From NCBI GenBank assembly GCA_937951895.1, contig CALFER010000079.1:4050-68049 (forward strand): DNA of 64,000 nucleotides, written 5' to 3'. The notes below the pieces were generated by a model, which was not told where the DNA came from, made no database searches, and saw only the letters and a program-made list of their open reading frames with translations. Shown here in pieces: positions 17,101 to 27,385 of this stretch. Made by a program: the position numbers and the translations under genes. The stretch is from an uncultured bacterium (lineage in GTDB: Bacteria > CSSED10-310 > CALFER01). Position 1 is the stretch's first letter; each line of letters starts with the position of its first letter.

Positions 17101-18582
17101 ATGAATCGATCGCAGGAAGCCGATTCCGAACGCCGCCAGAAACTGCTTGAAGCCCGGAAACATGTCGAGGAAAATCCGGAGCAGGCGGCATCCTGGATTC
17201 AGCTCGGGCTTCTCCTGTCGCAGTACGGCGACAAGACCGGTGCGGTACGCGCATTCGACAAGGCCCTGACCATCGATCCCGACAACAAATACGCCCGCTC
17301 CCGCCTCGATATGCTCATGACCCATCCCGATGCCGTGAAACAGGTGTCCCGCACCTTCTCATCCACGCCTTCACGCACACACCCCTGGGTCGCCCGGACC
17401 TTCTGGATCATCGCGGCGGTCATTGTCATATCGGTCATCCTGAATGTCTTCATTTTCCAATCCACTCACTCCGTCGTCGTCACCGAAGACAACAATTCGT
17501 TTCCGGTCTTCGCCGCAGAAAACCCCTTTTTCGGCTATTCATCCATTCGCGGCAATCCGATGTATTTTCGAGCCTTTACCGGTGGCAGTTTCCACATCGC
17601 GAAACACCCCGGAGGCACTCCCGAGCTGTTCCGTCCGGATGGGCAACCCAGCCGGGACGACAAAGATAGCCAGTACTGTTTTTCGAGTGATGCGGAGTGG
17701 ATCGCTTTTGTGCGACAGCGCTCGGTCTGCGTCGCGAAACGCGATGGATCGGGATTTCGGATCATTGAAGAGGGCAGCAGTCCGCAATGGTCCCCCACCG
17801 GCAGACAGCTCGCATTCATCGGTTTCGATTCGTCTCAACCCTACAGCGCCTCGAATGCACTCATCCTCATCGATTTCTCCGCCGACAGCCGCCTGCAACT
17901 CGCCGACACGATTTCCGATTCGTTCGCCTGGTCGCCGACCGGGCAGGAAATCGCCTTCGTATCAGAACCCCATGAACGGTCTCCGATGGATGTCATCATG
18001 ATGCAGAGCACCGACGCAGAAGGGGAAGAAACCTCGGACGAAGCCGCCTACGTGACGCCCTGTCGAATCTCGGTCGTCGATGTCATGACCCGCGACATCG
18101 TGGATCTGCCCGAAACCGGCAATCTGCTTTTCCCGGCCTGGCTTCCGGACGGTCGTACGATCCTGTACTTCGTGAGCAGGTCCACCGGTACGGAAATCCA
18201 TGCCGCTGCTCCGGATGGAACGAATACTCGCACGCTCTACGGATCGGGAACCCGGTTTTCGTATCCGGGACCGATCTCCGTCAGCTCCGACGGGAAATGG
18301 TTCGTTTTCGAAGCGCTCGCTGCAGGGGATACCGAATCCGAGACGATCGAGGTACCGGATGCGTATCGGGGCTACACCGGCGCTCCGACCATGGAAACCG
18401 GCGCCATGGATTTTCAGCCCGATCTGTTTGCGGCGCGAGCGGACGGGTCCGACTGTCACCGGTTGATCAACATTCACGACACGAAATCACATCCGCAGTT
18501 TCAGCCCGGCACACACTGGGTCTATTACCACACCATCCCGCTCGGCGGCAAAGTGCAGATCTGGAAAACAAAGGTCAGGTAG
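17101..18582 (+). CDS. TPR + single TM + TolB-like (PD40) beta-propeller protein
   Basis: N-terminal TPR (AASWIQLG...AFDKALTIDP), one hydrophobic segment, repeats WSPTG/FSSD/WLPDG/SSDG. Confidence 0.75.
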   Translation: MNRSQEADSERRQKLLEARKHVEENPEQAASWIQLGLLLSQYGDKTGAVRAFDKALTIDPDNKYARSRLDMLMTHPDAVKQVSRTFSSTPSRTHPWVARTFWIIAAVIVISVILNVFIFQSTHSVVVTEDNNSFPVFAAENPFFGYSSIRGNPMYFRAFTGGSFHIAKHPGGTPELFRPDGQPSRDDKDSQYCFSSDAEWIAFVRQRSVCVAKRDGSGFRIIEEGSSPQWSPTGRQLAFIGFDSSQPYSASNALILIDFSADSRLQLADTISDSFAWSPTGQEIAFVSEPHERSPMDVIMMQSTDAEGEETSDEAAYVTPCRISVVDVMTRDIVDLPETGNLLFPAWLPDGRTILYFVSRSTGTEIHAAAPDGTNTRTLYGSGTRFSYPGPISVSSDGKWFVFEALAAGDTESETIEVPDAYRGYTGAPTMETGAMDFQPDLFAARADGSDCHRLINIHDTKSHPQFQPGTHWVYYHTIPLGGKVQIWKTKVR

Positions 18583-19579
18583 CCGGCGGGTATTGGGCGA
18601 GCGCTTTCCCGAGTTCGTCCCGGATCGAGTCCCGGAGACGTTCGGGTTCCAGCACCTCGATCGCGGACCCGAACCCGAGAGCCCATTTCTGGAGATCGAA
18701 TTCGCCTCCACAGAAGAATGCCACCTCGATCGACCCGTCCGGAAGATCCGTGAGTGTCTGGGAGGGGTGGAATGACCGCTCCCGGATGAACGGGACCATC
18801 CATGCCGCGAACCGAAATCGGCTTGCAAAGGGCTTCTGGTCGTAAATCCCGAAACTCTGATCGGCCCGGGACTGGATCGCGGAGGAGTCATGCGTCGACG
18901 CCGTTTCACCCTCGACGATCGTGATCTGTCTGAATCGTTCGACAGCCAGCGTCCAGTAGTCGCGAAATCCTCTCACGTATGCGCGGATGTAAATGCCGCC
19001 GTCATAGAAAAACAGTTTGACCGGTTCGATCTTGAGAGTCAGGAGGCGCCCGCTCTGAAATGACTGATAGTGGACCCGCAGGACCCGTCGGGTGAGAATC
19101 GATTCGGTGAAAAAGCCGATTGTCTGCCGATGCTTCCGGTAGTCTTTGGTGACTTTTTCCTGGCATTGGAACACATCGAGCAGGGAGTTGATGCCTGTCG
19201 AGACATCGGTGTGGAGTGCGAGCCGCATTTTGGTGAATGCCCGCTCGAGTTGCTCGTGAAACGGCAGTCCGGAGCGATCCGGGATGAGACTGCTGAAGAA
19301 TCGGAGCGCCAGAATGTCCTCCATCCCGAACGTGACCTGCGGCAGAGATGGTTGGTGGTCGGGTGAGATGAACCGGTACCGTTTCCGTCGGCGGTCATCG
19401 GGAACCGGTTCCGCAGTGATCGGGAAGTACAGCGACAGAATGGTCAGATGCCGCTGCACGGTCCGGTCGCTCAGGGACGTCCGCCCGGCGATCTCCCTGA
19501 CCGACAGGCCCAGGGCTGTTTCGAGAAGCTGTTTGAGTATCAGAACGGTATGTTCGAGTTGAAAACCGCGATTGTTCAT
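18575..19579 (-). CDS. WYL-domain transcriptional regulator (wHTH-WYL-WCX)
   Basis: HTH LSVREIAGRTSLSDRTVQRHL; Y.S...R.L.IEP..L.FYDGGIYIRAY...LAVERF; WCX-like WALGFGSAIEVLEPERLR. Confidence 0.9.
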   Translation of the reverse strand: MNNRGFQLEHTVLILKQLLETALGLSVREIAGRTSLSDRTVQRHLTILSLYFPITAEPVPDDRRRKRYRFISPDHQPSLPQVTFGMEDILALRFFSSLIPDRSGLPFHEQLERAFTKMRLALHTDVSTGINSLLDVFQCQEKVTKDYRKHRQTIGFFTESILTRRVLRVHYQSFQSGRLLTLKIEPVKLFFYDGGIYIRAYVRGFRDYWTLAVERFRQITIVEGETASTHDSSAIQSRADQSFGIYDQKPFASRFRFAAWMVPFIRERSFHPSQTLTDLPDGSIEVAFFCGGEFDLQKWALGFGSAIEVLEPERLRDSIRDELGKALAQYPPAT

Positions 19580-19616
19580 CGATCCGCCATTTCCTTCCTT
19601 GAAAAAAATGTGTCAT

Positions 19617-19632
19617 GTCGCGAATCCGCGAC
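19617..19632. promoter_or_regulatory. Palindrome GTCGCG-aatc-CGCGAC in the divergent WYL/ClpP-like intergenic region; candidate operator
   Basis: Perfect 6-bp inverted repeat with a 4-nt spacer in a 102-bp intergenic region. Confidence 0.4.
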
Positions 19633-19681
19633 CAGCGATGACGCGATTCCTTGTTCGAATCATAGCAGGGAGGGTTACGGC

Positions 19682-20263
19682 ATGTATAGTCATTCAGCGG
19701 AACACATGGACAGCCTCGAAACGTACGGTGTGATCGGTCTGTGGGGGGTGCTCACGGAAGAAGCCGCCGCGAACATCGCCGAGTCGATCGTGCGGATCAA
19801 CCGAAAGCGGTGTCACGACTGCATTCAGATGATCATCTCCTCACCCGGCGGATCGCTCATGGGCGCGTTCGGGATCGTCGACCTGATCGACTGGTCGAAA
19901 CTGCCCGTCTTCACGACCGGTCTCGGGCTGGTCGCTTCGGCCGCCCTGACCATCTTCAGTTCGGGTGCCTCGGGACATCGCGTGCTCCTGCCCAACACAT
20001 CGGTCCTCTCACACCGGTTCTCAACCACCATCTCCGGAAACCACGCCCAGATTCTCGCGGATCGAAAGCACCAGGACATTCTCCACGATCGTCTGGTACG
20101 CCATGTCATCGCGCATTCGAAACTGAAGACCTGCGAACAGGTGGAAGCACTTGTTCTGCGGGAAGTCGACACGTGGCTGACGGCGGAGGAAGCGGTCGAG
20201 ATGGGGTTTGCCGATGAGGTGTACGGCACTGCCGGGCAGAAAGGAGAGCTGCACGATGAGTGA
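19682..20263 (+). CDS. ClpP-like (S14) serine protease, divergent paralogue
   Basis: GGGAGG RBS before ATG 19682; SSPGGS, GLVASAA (catalytic Ser), SHRF (His), DTWLTAEEAVEMGFADEV (Asp). Confidence 0.88.
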   Translation: MYSHSAEHMDSLETYGVIGLWGVLTEEAAANIAESIVRINRKRCHDCIQMIISSPGGSLMGAFGIVDLIDWSKLPVFTTGLGLVASAALTIFSSGASGHRVLLPNTSVLSHRFSTTISGNHAQILADRKHQDILHDRLVRHVIAHSKLKTCEQVEALVLREVDTWLTAEEAVEMGFADEVYGTAGQKGELHDE

Positions 20264-21848
20264 TGGTGAAATCCGGTATCAGCTCGAGTATCCCCAGACA
20301 AAACTCAATCAGGTCATTCTGCCGGACGAGATGATCCGGCGGACGATGAACCTGATCGATCAGTACGATTCCATGATCGATGCCCGCACACGTCTCGGGC
20401 TTCCCGACGCGATCGATTATGGCCGGGCGACGGTCATTCTGTTTGAAGGCCCATCCGGAGCCGGGAAAACGATGTTTGCCCGCGCCATCAGCAACCATCT
20501 GCAGAAACCGCTCGTAACACCCCGACTCTCACAGAGCGGCAGCTCGGGTACGGGCGTGCTGCATGCGACGGAGAGCATCGAAAGCTTCTTCGCGGAAGTC
20601 GAGCGTCGGGGAGGGATCGCGTTGATTGACGAATGCGAGGAACTCTGCTCGATCGAAAGCGCGCATACGAGTGACTTTCTCAGAGCGGTCGAGAAACATG
20701 AAATCATCGTGCTGATGACCACCTCGCACGGCAATCTGATCGATCCGGCCATGGAGCGGAGAATCTCGCTGAGACTGACGTTCAGTTTTCCGTCGGCGGC
20801 TGAACGTGAAGCGATCTGGAAGAGCATGATCACGCCGAACATCCGCATGTCGGATGACCTGGATTTTCATATCGTTTCGAAGCTCTATCCCACGACCGGC
20901 GGCAAGATCAAAAACGCTTTCATGTATGCGCTCAACCTGGCCATTCAAAGGGATCCGGAGCATGTCGTTCTGTCGATGAGCGACATCGAGGAAGCCTTTG
21001 CGGCAACGGAGCTCTGCCCTTGGACCGAACGCGGCGTGCGCCGTCTGATCAAACTCGATCATCGCTGGCCGTCGTTCGTCTCGTCCGAACGCGTCCGGTT
21101 GAAAGCGGACGAGCTCGCGGAAAAAATCCGGAGATGGCCGGAGATCGTCGGGCGCGTGATACCGGAGCGCGGGATGGAACCTCACGGCCCGAAAATTCTC
21201 GTCACAGGACGAAACCGCGAAACCTCGCTGCGCGTCGCCTGCTATCTCGCCGCCAGCCTCAGCCCCGTCGCCTGCACGATCAACATCGCATCGATCCGGG
21301 AACAGTTCGGGCGGTTCGGATTCGATCTGTACAGCGGTCAGATCGACACGCTGCTGACCAACCACCGAGCGGCCGGAAATCCGGTGCTGGTAGAAGCATC
21401 TGAACTGCTGCTCGGCAAACAGCTCCCGCCCCCATCCGACTCCGGAGCGTTTGAACTCACCTTGCTCAGAATCCTGCTCGAACATCCCCACACCGTCATC
21501 TTCGTCTCGTCGCTCCCGCGCCGGCTCATCTCCGATCAACTGGCCGGACTGACCGACGTCATCGATGTGGATATTCAAGACACGGAGGATACGGCCATGT
21601 TCTGGAGCGGGATTCTCGATCATGCCCGGATCACATATGACCGCGAACTGCCGGAAACTCTCGCGCGGCAATTCGATTTCAAGCTCGATGACATCCGCCG
21701 GATCGTGCTCGAAATCCTGTGGCACCGCCCGAATCTCCTCACGGGAGAACCGATGACCGAGCAGGATGTCCGCGATGTGCTGACGGGGTTTCTGTCGCGG
21801 GATCGTCTCCGCAGCGAGATTCTATTTACGAAGATCGATCGGCCCTGA
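20256..21848 (+). CDS. AAA+ ATPase with one intact and one degenerate AAA module
   Basis: AAAGGAG RBS; ATG 20256 overlaps the protease end; Walker A GPSGAGKT, Walker B IALIDE, Arg finger MERRI; the second module has GRNRETS in place of Walker A. Confidence 0.85.
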   Translation: MSDGEIRYQLEYPQTKLNQVILPDEMIRRTMNLIDQYDSMIDARTRLGLPDAIDYGRATVILFEGPSGAGKTMFARAISNHLQKPLVTPRLSQSGSSGTGVLHATESIESFFAEVERRGGIALIDECEELCSIESAHTSDFLRAVEKHEIIVLMTTSHGNLIDPAMERRISLRLTFSFPSAAEREAIWKSMITPNIRMSDDLDFHIVSKLYPTTGGKIKNAFMYALNLAIQRDPEHVVLSMSDIEEAFAATELCPWTERGVRRLIKLDHRWPSFVSSERVRLKADELAEKIRRWPEIVGRVIPERGMEPHGPKILVTGRNRETSLRVACYLAASLSPVACTINIASIREQFGRFGFDLYSGQIDTLLTNHRAAGNPVLVEASELLLGKQLPPPSDSGAFELTLLRILLEHPHTVIFVSSLPRRLISDQLAGLTDVIDVDIQDTEDTAMFWSGILDHARITYDRELPETLARQFDFKLDDIRRIVLEILWHRPNLLTGEPMTEQDVRDVLTGFLSRDRLRSEILFTKIDRP

Positions 21849-21896
21849 GGCCCGCATCGCTGGATTTCCGACGCCGGATCGATTAGGGTAACCGGG

Positions 21897-22595
21897 ATGA
21901 AATCGCTCCCGACCCGCAACCGGGCTGCGCTGATCCCGGCCCTGCTTCTTCCCGGCTTCGCCTCGCTGTTCTATTTCATTCTCATTCCGGAATCCTCCGC
22001 CGCCCGAATCATCTATGGCACGACAAAACTGTTCACGCTGCTCTGGCCCATTCTCGCAATCCGTTTCCTGCTCGCACCCGCATCCATTCCCCGCCTGAAA
22101 TCCTCCTGGAAGGGTGACCGCCGCGATGTCCTCGCGGGAATGACCGCGGGCGTGCTCATGGCCCTGACCATCCTCGCCGCCTTCCTGTCTCCCGCCGGCA
22201 GCCCCGTAATCGGAGCAACCGATCTGATCCGCCGCAAAGCCGCGCTCCTGGGCATGCTCGACGCATACATCCCCACCGCTCTCGTCATGTCGCTGATCCA
22301 TTCAGCCGTCGAGGAATACTACTGGCGATGGTTCGTATTCGAATGCGCTCGCAGTCAGATGCCGACACGAGCCGCACATCTGATCGCCGGGCTGGCGTTC
22401 GCGTTCCACCATATCGTCGTCACGATCGTCTACTTCGGCCCGGTCTTCGGACTCCTCTTCGGCCTTGCGGTCGGCTTCGCCGGAATGATCTGGAGCGTCA
22501 TGTACCAGTTGAGGGGATCGCTGATCTCCCCCTGGATCGCCCATGTATGCTGTGACCTGGCCATCTTCGCGATCGGGTACCATCTGATAGTCTGA
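21897..22595 (+). CDS. CPBP (CAAX/Abi) intramembrane glutamic protease
   Basis: Multiple TM segments; EEYYWR, FAFHH, AHVCCD motifs. Confidence 0.88.
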   Translation: MKSLPTRNRAALIPALLLPGFASLFYFILIPESSAARIIYGTTKLFTLLWPILAIRFLLAPASIPRLKSSWKGDRRDVLAGMTAGVLMALTILAAFLSPAGSPVIGATDLIRRKAALLGMLDAYIPTALVMSLIHSAVEEYYWRWFVFECARSQMPTRAAHLIAGLAFAFHHIVVTIVYFGPVFGLLFGLAVGFAGMIWSVMYQLRGSLISPWIAHVCCDLAIFAIGYHLIV

Positions 22596-22617
22596 CCGCA
22601 CCGGATGGATGTCGGTG

Positions 22618-24387
22618 TCAGCGATACTCCCAGGGAATCGCCTGCACGGTTCCGAACAGATCGAATGTGCCGCGCGTGAACGAAGCACCGTAAAAGTACA
22701 ATCCGGACGCAGATCCCGTGCCGGACGGCCAGTCGAACTCCAGAACCGTTTCCTCGGCGGATTCCAGCGCTCCGAGATCATAGGATTTGTTCCCCAGACC
22801 CTGCGCAATCGGAATCCAGTCCGGCCAGCTCCAGAAATTGCCATAGACATCGAGAAGGATGTAGGCGTCCAGTTCGATCCGGGTCGATGTCGAATTGCCG
22901 AGTGTCATGTGGAGGAAAAAGCGATCACCGGCGGCGAGGATCGGATCGTCGAGCATCAGGGTGAGGCCGTCGGAGGGGACCGTCGGAGGCGGAGTGGGTG
23001 TCGGCGAAGGAGGCAGGGTGAACGTCGGGGATGGTTCGGGCGTGTCGGTCGGCCGCATGGTCGCAGTCGGTGTGCGGGTCGCGGATGGAGTCGGCGTCGG
23101 TGTTCGGGTCGGAGTGATCGTCGGCGGGGGAGCGGTCGCAGTCGGTGTTCGAGTCGGAGTCTCTGTCGGAACCGGTGTGTGTGTTCGTGTCGGGGAGGAC
23201 GTCGGTGTATGGGTTGCGGTGAATGTGGGTGTCGGTGTTCGGCTCGGCGTCATGGTCGGCGGAGGCGGAGTCGGAGTTACCGTGGGCGTACCGGTCGGCG
23301 TATCGGTCGGGATCGGTGACGAGGTTGGAGATGCGGACGAAGTCGGCGACACAGTCGCCGACGGAGTTTCAGTCGGGGGGGGTGTGAGAGACGGCGTGAA
23401 CGTCGGTGACGGAGTGAACGACGAGATCGGTTCGGTGGATTTGAACACCGAGCCATTCGGGTAGGCCCCGGCCATCAGATAATGATCGGATGTCTCGATC
23501 AGCGATGTGACATACACCGCTCCGGAAAGTTGAGCGGTATTGATCCAGGTATCGCCGTGATCGGTCGACCGGAAGACATCTCCGACTGACCCGGTTGCGG
23601 CATACAAGGCTCCGTCGCTCCCCTCCAGCAGTTTGAAGAGGATATCCGCCCCCGACAGAGAGCCTCCGGTCATCCATGTCTGACCCGAATCGGTCGATTT
23701 GAAGACCACCGCATCCGGATTCGTCGCGGCATACAGCGCGCCGTCAGATCCCATGAGGAGATCGCGGACCTCCTCGGCATCCGTCAGTTCCGATGCGACA
23801 GACCAACTTGCGCCGGAATCGGTCGAGTGATGCACGTCCCCGTTGGGACCGCTCCCGGTAAAAAAGACCCCCGGAGATGGCTCGATCATGCAGAAAACAT
23901 TTTCAGCCGCGGGAAGCTGCATGGGAGGTGATATCCACTGGGGTGGTGCGAGCGACAGGTCGTATGCGTAGATGTTTCCGCCGGATCCGGTCGTCGCATA
24001 GATTCGGTTGTCGGTCCCCCGGAGCAGTTCGTAGATGGTTGTCCCGACTGTTCCGCCCGTGTAGAGCCACAAAGTGCCCGAGTTGGTGCTGCGATAGACG
24101 TCGGCGCCGGAATTGATCCCGGCGTACAGGATGTTGTTGTGCTCGATGATGCTCATCGCCTCGATCGCACCGGCGATGTTGCCCGTGTTTGACCAGGCTG
24201 CGCCGCCGTCGGTCGACTTGAAGACATCGCCATTGGGCGAGGTTCCCGCAAAAACAGTTCCGGCTGGATTCTGGTAGATGGAGTACACCCATCCGGCATT
24301 CAGAAGATCACCGGTCTCGGCCCAATCCCAGGCATCGGCCTCCAGGGGGAGCAGGAGGATCAACAAAGCGATCGTCAACGTTTTCAT
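22618..24387 (-). CDS. Secreted BNR/Asp-box beta-propeller protein with long Pro/Thr linker and the recurrent C-terminal domain
   Basis: Signal peptide; repeats VFKSTDGG..W / YRSTNSG..W; about 120 aa of TPT; C-terminal [12 protein letters not shown]...FDWP...GLYFYGA...WEY. Confidence 0.8.
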   Translation of the reverse strand: MKTLTIALLILLLPLEADAWDWAETGDLLNAGWVYSIYQNPAGTVFAGTSPNGDVFKSTDGGAAWSNTGNIAGAIEAMSIIEHNNILYAGINSGADVYRSTNSGTLWLYTGGTVGTTIYELLRGTDNRIYATTGSGGNIYAYDLSLAPPQWISPPMQLPAAENVFCMIEPSPGVFFTGSGPNGDVHHSTDSGASWSVASELTDAEEVRDLLMGSDGALYAATNPDAVVFKSTDSGQTWMTGGSLSGADILFKLLEGSDGALYAATGSVGDVFRSTDHGDTWINTAQLSGAVYVTSLIETSDHYLMAGAYPNGSVFKSTEPISSFTPSPTFTPSLTPPPTETPSATVSPTSSASPTSSPIPTDTPTGTPTVTPTPPPPTMTPSRTPTPTFTATHTPTSSPTRTHTPVPTETPTRTPTATAPPPTITPTRTPTPTPSATRTPTATMRPTDTPEPSPTFTLPPSPTPTPPPTVPSDGLTLMLDDPILAAGDRFFLHMTLGNSTSTRIELDAYILLDVYGNFWSWPDWIPIAQGLGNKSYDLGALESAEETVLEFDWPSGTGSASGLYFYGASFTRGTFDLFGTVQAIPWEYR

Positions 24388-24507
24388 AGAGCCGTCCTTC
24401 CGGATCGAAAAAGACGCCGGATCAGAGCCGGCGCGTCAGGAAATCATATTACGGCTTTGCCTGATGAGCTGCAAGCGACCGCCGGAACGGGCGGCAGGCA
24501 GGATCGC

Positions 24508-25383
24508 TCAGTGAAGAGGATCGGGGTAACTGATCGCCTGCTCGAACAGAAAAGGTGCGACGGACTGGAGTTGCACCCAGCCCACGCTCAGGTTGTATTT
24601 CCCGTTTTTCTCGACGAACTTGCCGACCAATCGGGTCAACTCGGCGAGCATGCGCCATTTCATCTTCAGGCTCTTCAGATCAGACGCCGGTTTGAACAAC
24701 TGATGCACACCGATCAGAAAGCCCTCGGGAGCCGTTTTGAGGGACTGGATACTTTCGTCGAGGTGATGGGAGAGATTCAGAAACTGACCGTTAACCAGAA
24801 AAATGATTTCATAGAGATTTTCAAGCGCACAGGAAATCTCATGGTGAAAGTAAAAAATATTCTGTTCATCCCGGATCTCGGCCAGATCTTCCACTACCGA
24901 TGTCGTTTCAGCGAAGATCTGGGGAATCACCATTTCCTGATACTCTTTCGGCATCGGATTGATTCGGCTTTTCCATGCTTCGAGCTGCTTCCGGGGATCC
25001 CAGAGAATTTTGCCCTCAAAGAGCGATGCGACGAGCATCGTGCTTTCGAGATGGCGCCTTTTCTCGATCGAACTGATCCGATCGCAGATCGTGTCCTGGC
25101 TGACGTGCCAGACCCTGAATCGAGCGCCGTTTTTGTGAAATGCATCCGTATCGATCGGATTGTTGATGCAGGTCAGTTCCGAACCCATGTCTGCCATGTC
25201 GCGCACGACGCGAATGCGAGTCGACACATCGGGAACGTCCAGACACACCATCATCAGATCGATATCCGATGCCGCCGTGGCATTGCCACGTGCTCGGGAT
25301 CCGATCAGCATGGCGCTTCGGAACTCGGGGATCCGCTGATATCCCCGGATAACTTCGGAAATTTGTTTCTCGAGCTGATTCAC
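24508..25383 (-). CDS. Pol-beta-superfamily nucleotidyltransferase with helical C-terminal domain
   Basis: GTG 25383 after GGGAGG; IGSRARG...SDIDL signature. Confidence 0.75.
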   Translation of the reverse strand: MNQLEKQISEVIRGYQRIPEFRSAMLIGSRARGNATAASDIDLMMVCLDVPDVSTRIRVVRDMADMGSELTCINNPIDTDAFHKNGARFRVWHVSQDTICDRISSIEKRRHLESTMLVASLFEGKILWDPRKQLEAWKSRINPMPKEYQEMVIPQIFAETTSVVEDLAEIRDEQNIFYFHHEISCALENLYEIIFLVNGQFLNLSHHLDESIQSLKTAPEGFLIGVHQLFKPASDLKSLKMKWRMLAELTRLVGKFVEKNGKYNLSVGWVQLQSVAPFLFEQAISYPDPLH

Positions 25384-25487
25384 CCGGCATCCTCCCGTCC
25401 CGTCAAACACACGAACGGTCGTTCAAAAGCGTGAGTTTTATATCGGAAAACGGAGATGAATGCAATCGGAATTGTCAGGGAGGACAA

Positions 25488-26327
25488 TCAGAAGGGCAGG
25501 ACATATTCGAGTCCGACATTGACCGCACTCGAAACATCCACTCCGACGAAATCCTCGATGTCCGCCTGATCGGTATCGCCTTTCCACGCTGAAGCCATCA
25601 ACGTATAATCCAATGTCACTCTCAGGTTCTTGATCACTTCGAACGTGAATTCCGGTTTGAGCCGGAGTGAAACTGCATCTTGTTTGGCTGTGCCTTCATT
25701 GCTGTCATGGCTTTCAGGGTCGAACAGTGTGCGATCGTATCGCCAGTCATAATCGGCATCGCGGAAATAGCTCAACCCGAGGCAGAAGCGGAACTGGAAT
25801 CGCTCGCCACCAACGAAGTTCAACTCACCGTCCAGCCCCGTCTTCAACTTGCCTTTTGCGTGCGCGTTCTCTGCGATTTCAGTGATCACGCCATCTTCGG
25901 ATTTTTCAAGATACCCGTCTGAGAAATCGAGTTGGAAGGTGCGGATTCCGAATCGGATGTTGAAGTTGGGTCCCGATGTCAGGCGGATGAAGACATCCAG
26001 CACCTCACGTTCAACCGTGACCTTTCCCTCGATGTGCTTTCCCTCATCACCCGACCAGTCACCGGTGAAATCGTTTTCCATCTTTCCGTATCCGACACCG
26101 AAGGAAAACACATCGGCGGTACCGAAGCGCATCTCCATGCTGATCGCCGGATTGAAGAACGTCGTTTCGATATCCGCCGTAACATCTCTGACGGTAAAGG
26201 ATCCGAGAGTGACGCCGTTGGCCACATCGAACAAGAGACTCGTCGCACCTGTCGGCAGGGACAAAAGCACCAGCGCTCCAATCGCAGCCAACCCTCTCAC
26301 TGCCATCCTCCAAGCTTGTGTTTGCAT
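25488..26327 (-). CDS. Predicted outer-membrane beta-barrel protein
   Basis: Signal peptide; alternating-hydrophobic strands (FSFGVGYG, FNIRFGIR, LRVTLDY); ends VGLEYVLPF with terminal Phe. Confidence 0.55.
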   Translation of the reverse strand: MQTQAWRMAVRGLAAIGALVLLSLPTGATSLLFDVANGVTLGSFTVRDVTADIETTFFNPAISMEMRFGTADVFSFGVGYGKMENDFTGDWSGDEGKHIEGKVTVEREVLDVFIRLTSGPNFNIRFGIRTFQLDFSDGYLEKSEDGVITEIAENAHAKGKLKTGLDGELNFVGGERFQFRFCLGLSYFRDADYDWRYDRTLFDPESHDSNEGTAKQDAVSLRLKPEFTFEVIKNLRVTLDYTLMASAWKGDTDQADIEDFVGVDVSSAVNVGLEYVLPF

Positions 26328-26353
26328 GTCAATCCCTCCTCACAAGGTCGATT

Positions 26354-27385
26354 CTACTGATTCCTGTTGATGATATCCATCGTGCGCCATTCCGGATTCT
26401 GTTCGATCGGCAGCGGGCCGGTCTGATCGGTCAGAAAATAGTTGCCTCTCCCGTCAGTGAAAGCGCGTTTGTACGCCGGCATCCAGTATTCCTTCCCCGA
26501 CTGAGGATCGCGGGTTTCCATCTGATCCGTGAGCACCTTGTAGACTTCGGTCTGCATGTCACTCCGCGCCTGACTCCGATTCCGGTTGATCTCGTTGTCC
26601 ACCTGGTTCAGATAGCGAATCGTATCGTTGTACTGCTGTCCTCGCGCCGCGATGGCCGCGGACGCTTTCTGGACCCACACCGGGTCGAGTCGAAAGGATC
26701 GCAGGCAGAGTTCCATTGTGCGTTCGTCTTCGTGCCAGCGGTCTTTGGGGGCGACAAGGCCGAAGCATCCCACGGTGGTCCAGATCAGCCCCTGCATGTC
26801 ATAGATGATCGCATAGATGCGTCCGTACGACGGAACCCCGTTGATCACCGCCTCGAAATTCACATACCCGCACTCCGATCGTGTGGCAACCGCAGGAACC
26901 CATGCCCGCAACTCTGGTGAGGGGTATGCCGGCCCCAGGATGCGCGCGCTTTGAAACTCCTGAGCCGACAACTGTCCGAGCACGATGATCCGGACATAGT
27001 CAGCAACCCCCATATACGGATACTGCCAGCACCCGTTCAGGACCTGGCCGGGCTGAATGTTCAGAATCCCCATGCTGCTCTGATTCGTCACGGCGGGATC
27101 CTGAAAATTGAACCGGGGATACCAGCCGAAGAACGACCGACCATCCGGGCTCGTGACCCGGAATCGGATGTTGGTCTCCACCAGATCGACGACATTCCAA
27201 TCCACGCCGCTCGGAATCATCCCGCCATCCGCCCGCCATCCGCCCGGAATCAGCAGTGTGAACGCGCCCTGATACTGCTCGCGATACGCGCTCAGGGTGA
27301 TGCCATCCGGCACAGGAGCCGGCATCTGGCCCAGAACGGGATCCATTCCCATGAGTCCCACGATCATCCAGAGCCATTTTTTCAT
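26354..27385 (-). CDS. Exported hypothetical protein
   Basis: ATG 27385 overlaps the upstream stop (ATGA); signal peptide [11 protein letters not shown]; no family recognised. Confidence 0.65.
   Translation of the reverse strand: MKKWLWMIVGLMGMDPVLGQMPAPVPDGITLSAYREQYQGAFTLLIPGGWRADGGMIPSGVDWNVVDLVETNIRFRVTSPDGRSFFGWYPRFNFQDPAVTNQSSMGILNIQPGQVLNGCWQYPYMGVADYVRIIVLGQLSAQEFQSARILGPAYPSPELRAWVPAVATRSECGYVNFEAVINGVPSYGRIYAIIYDMQGLIWTTVGCFGLVAPKDRWHEDERTMELCLRSFRLDPVWVQKASAAIAARGQQYNDTIRYLNQVDNEINRNRSQARSDMQTEVYKVLTDQMETRDPQSGKEYWMPAYKRAFTDGRGNYFLTDQTGPLPIEQNPEWRTMDIINRNQ

Noticed and set aside
19682-20263. ClpP-like gene as a prophage head-maturation protease
   Set aside because: No portal, terminase, capsid or integrase genes nearby; it is coupled to an AAA+ ATPase instead.
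22895-23464. Val/Gly-rich ORF; Pro/Thr tracts as DNA tandem repeats or contingency loci
   Set aside because: It is the antisense reading of the TPTP linker, and codons vary freely, so the repetition is at protein level.
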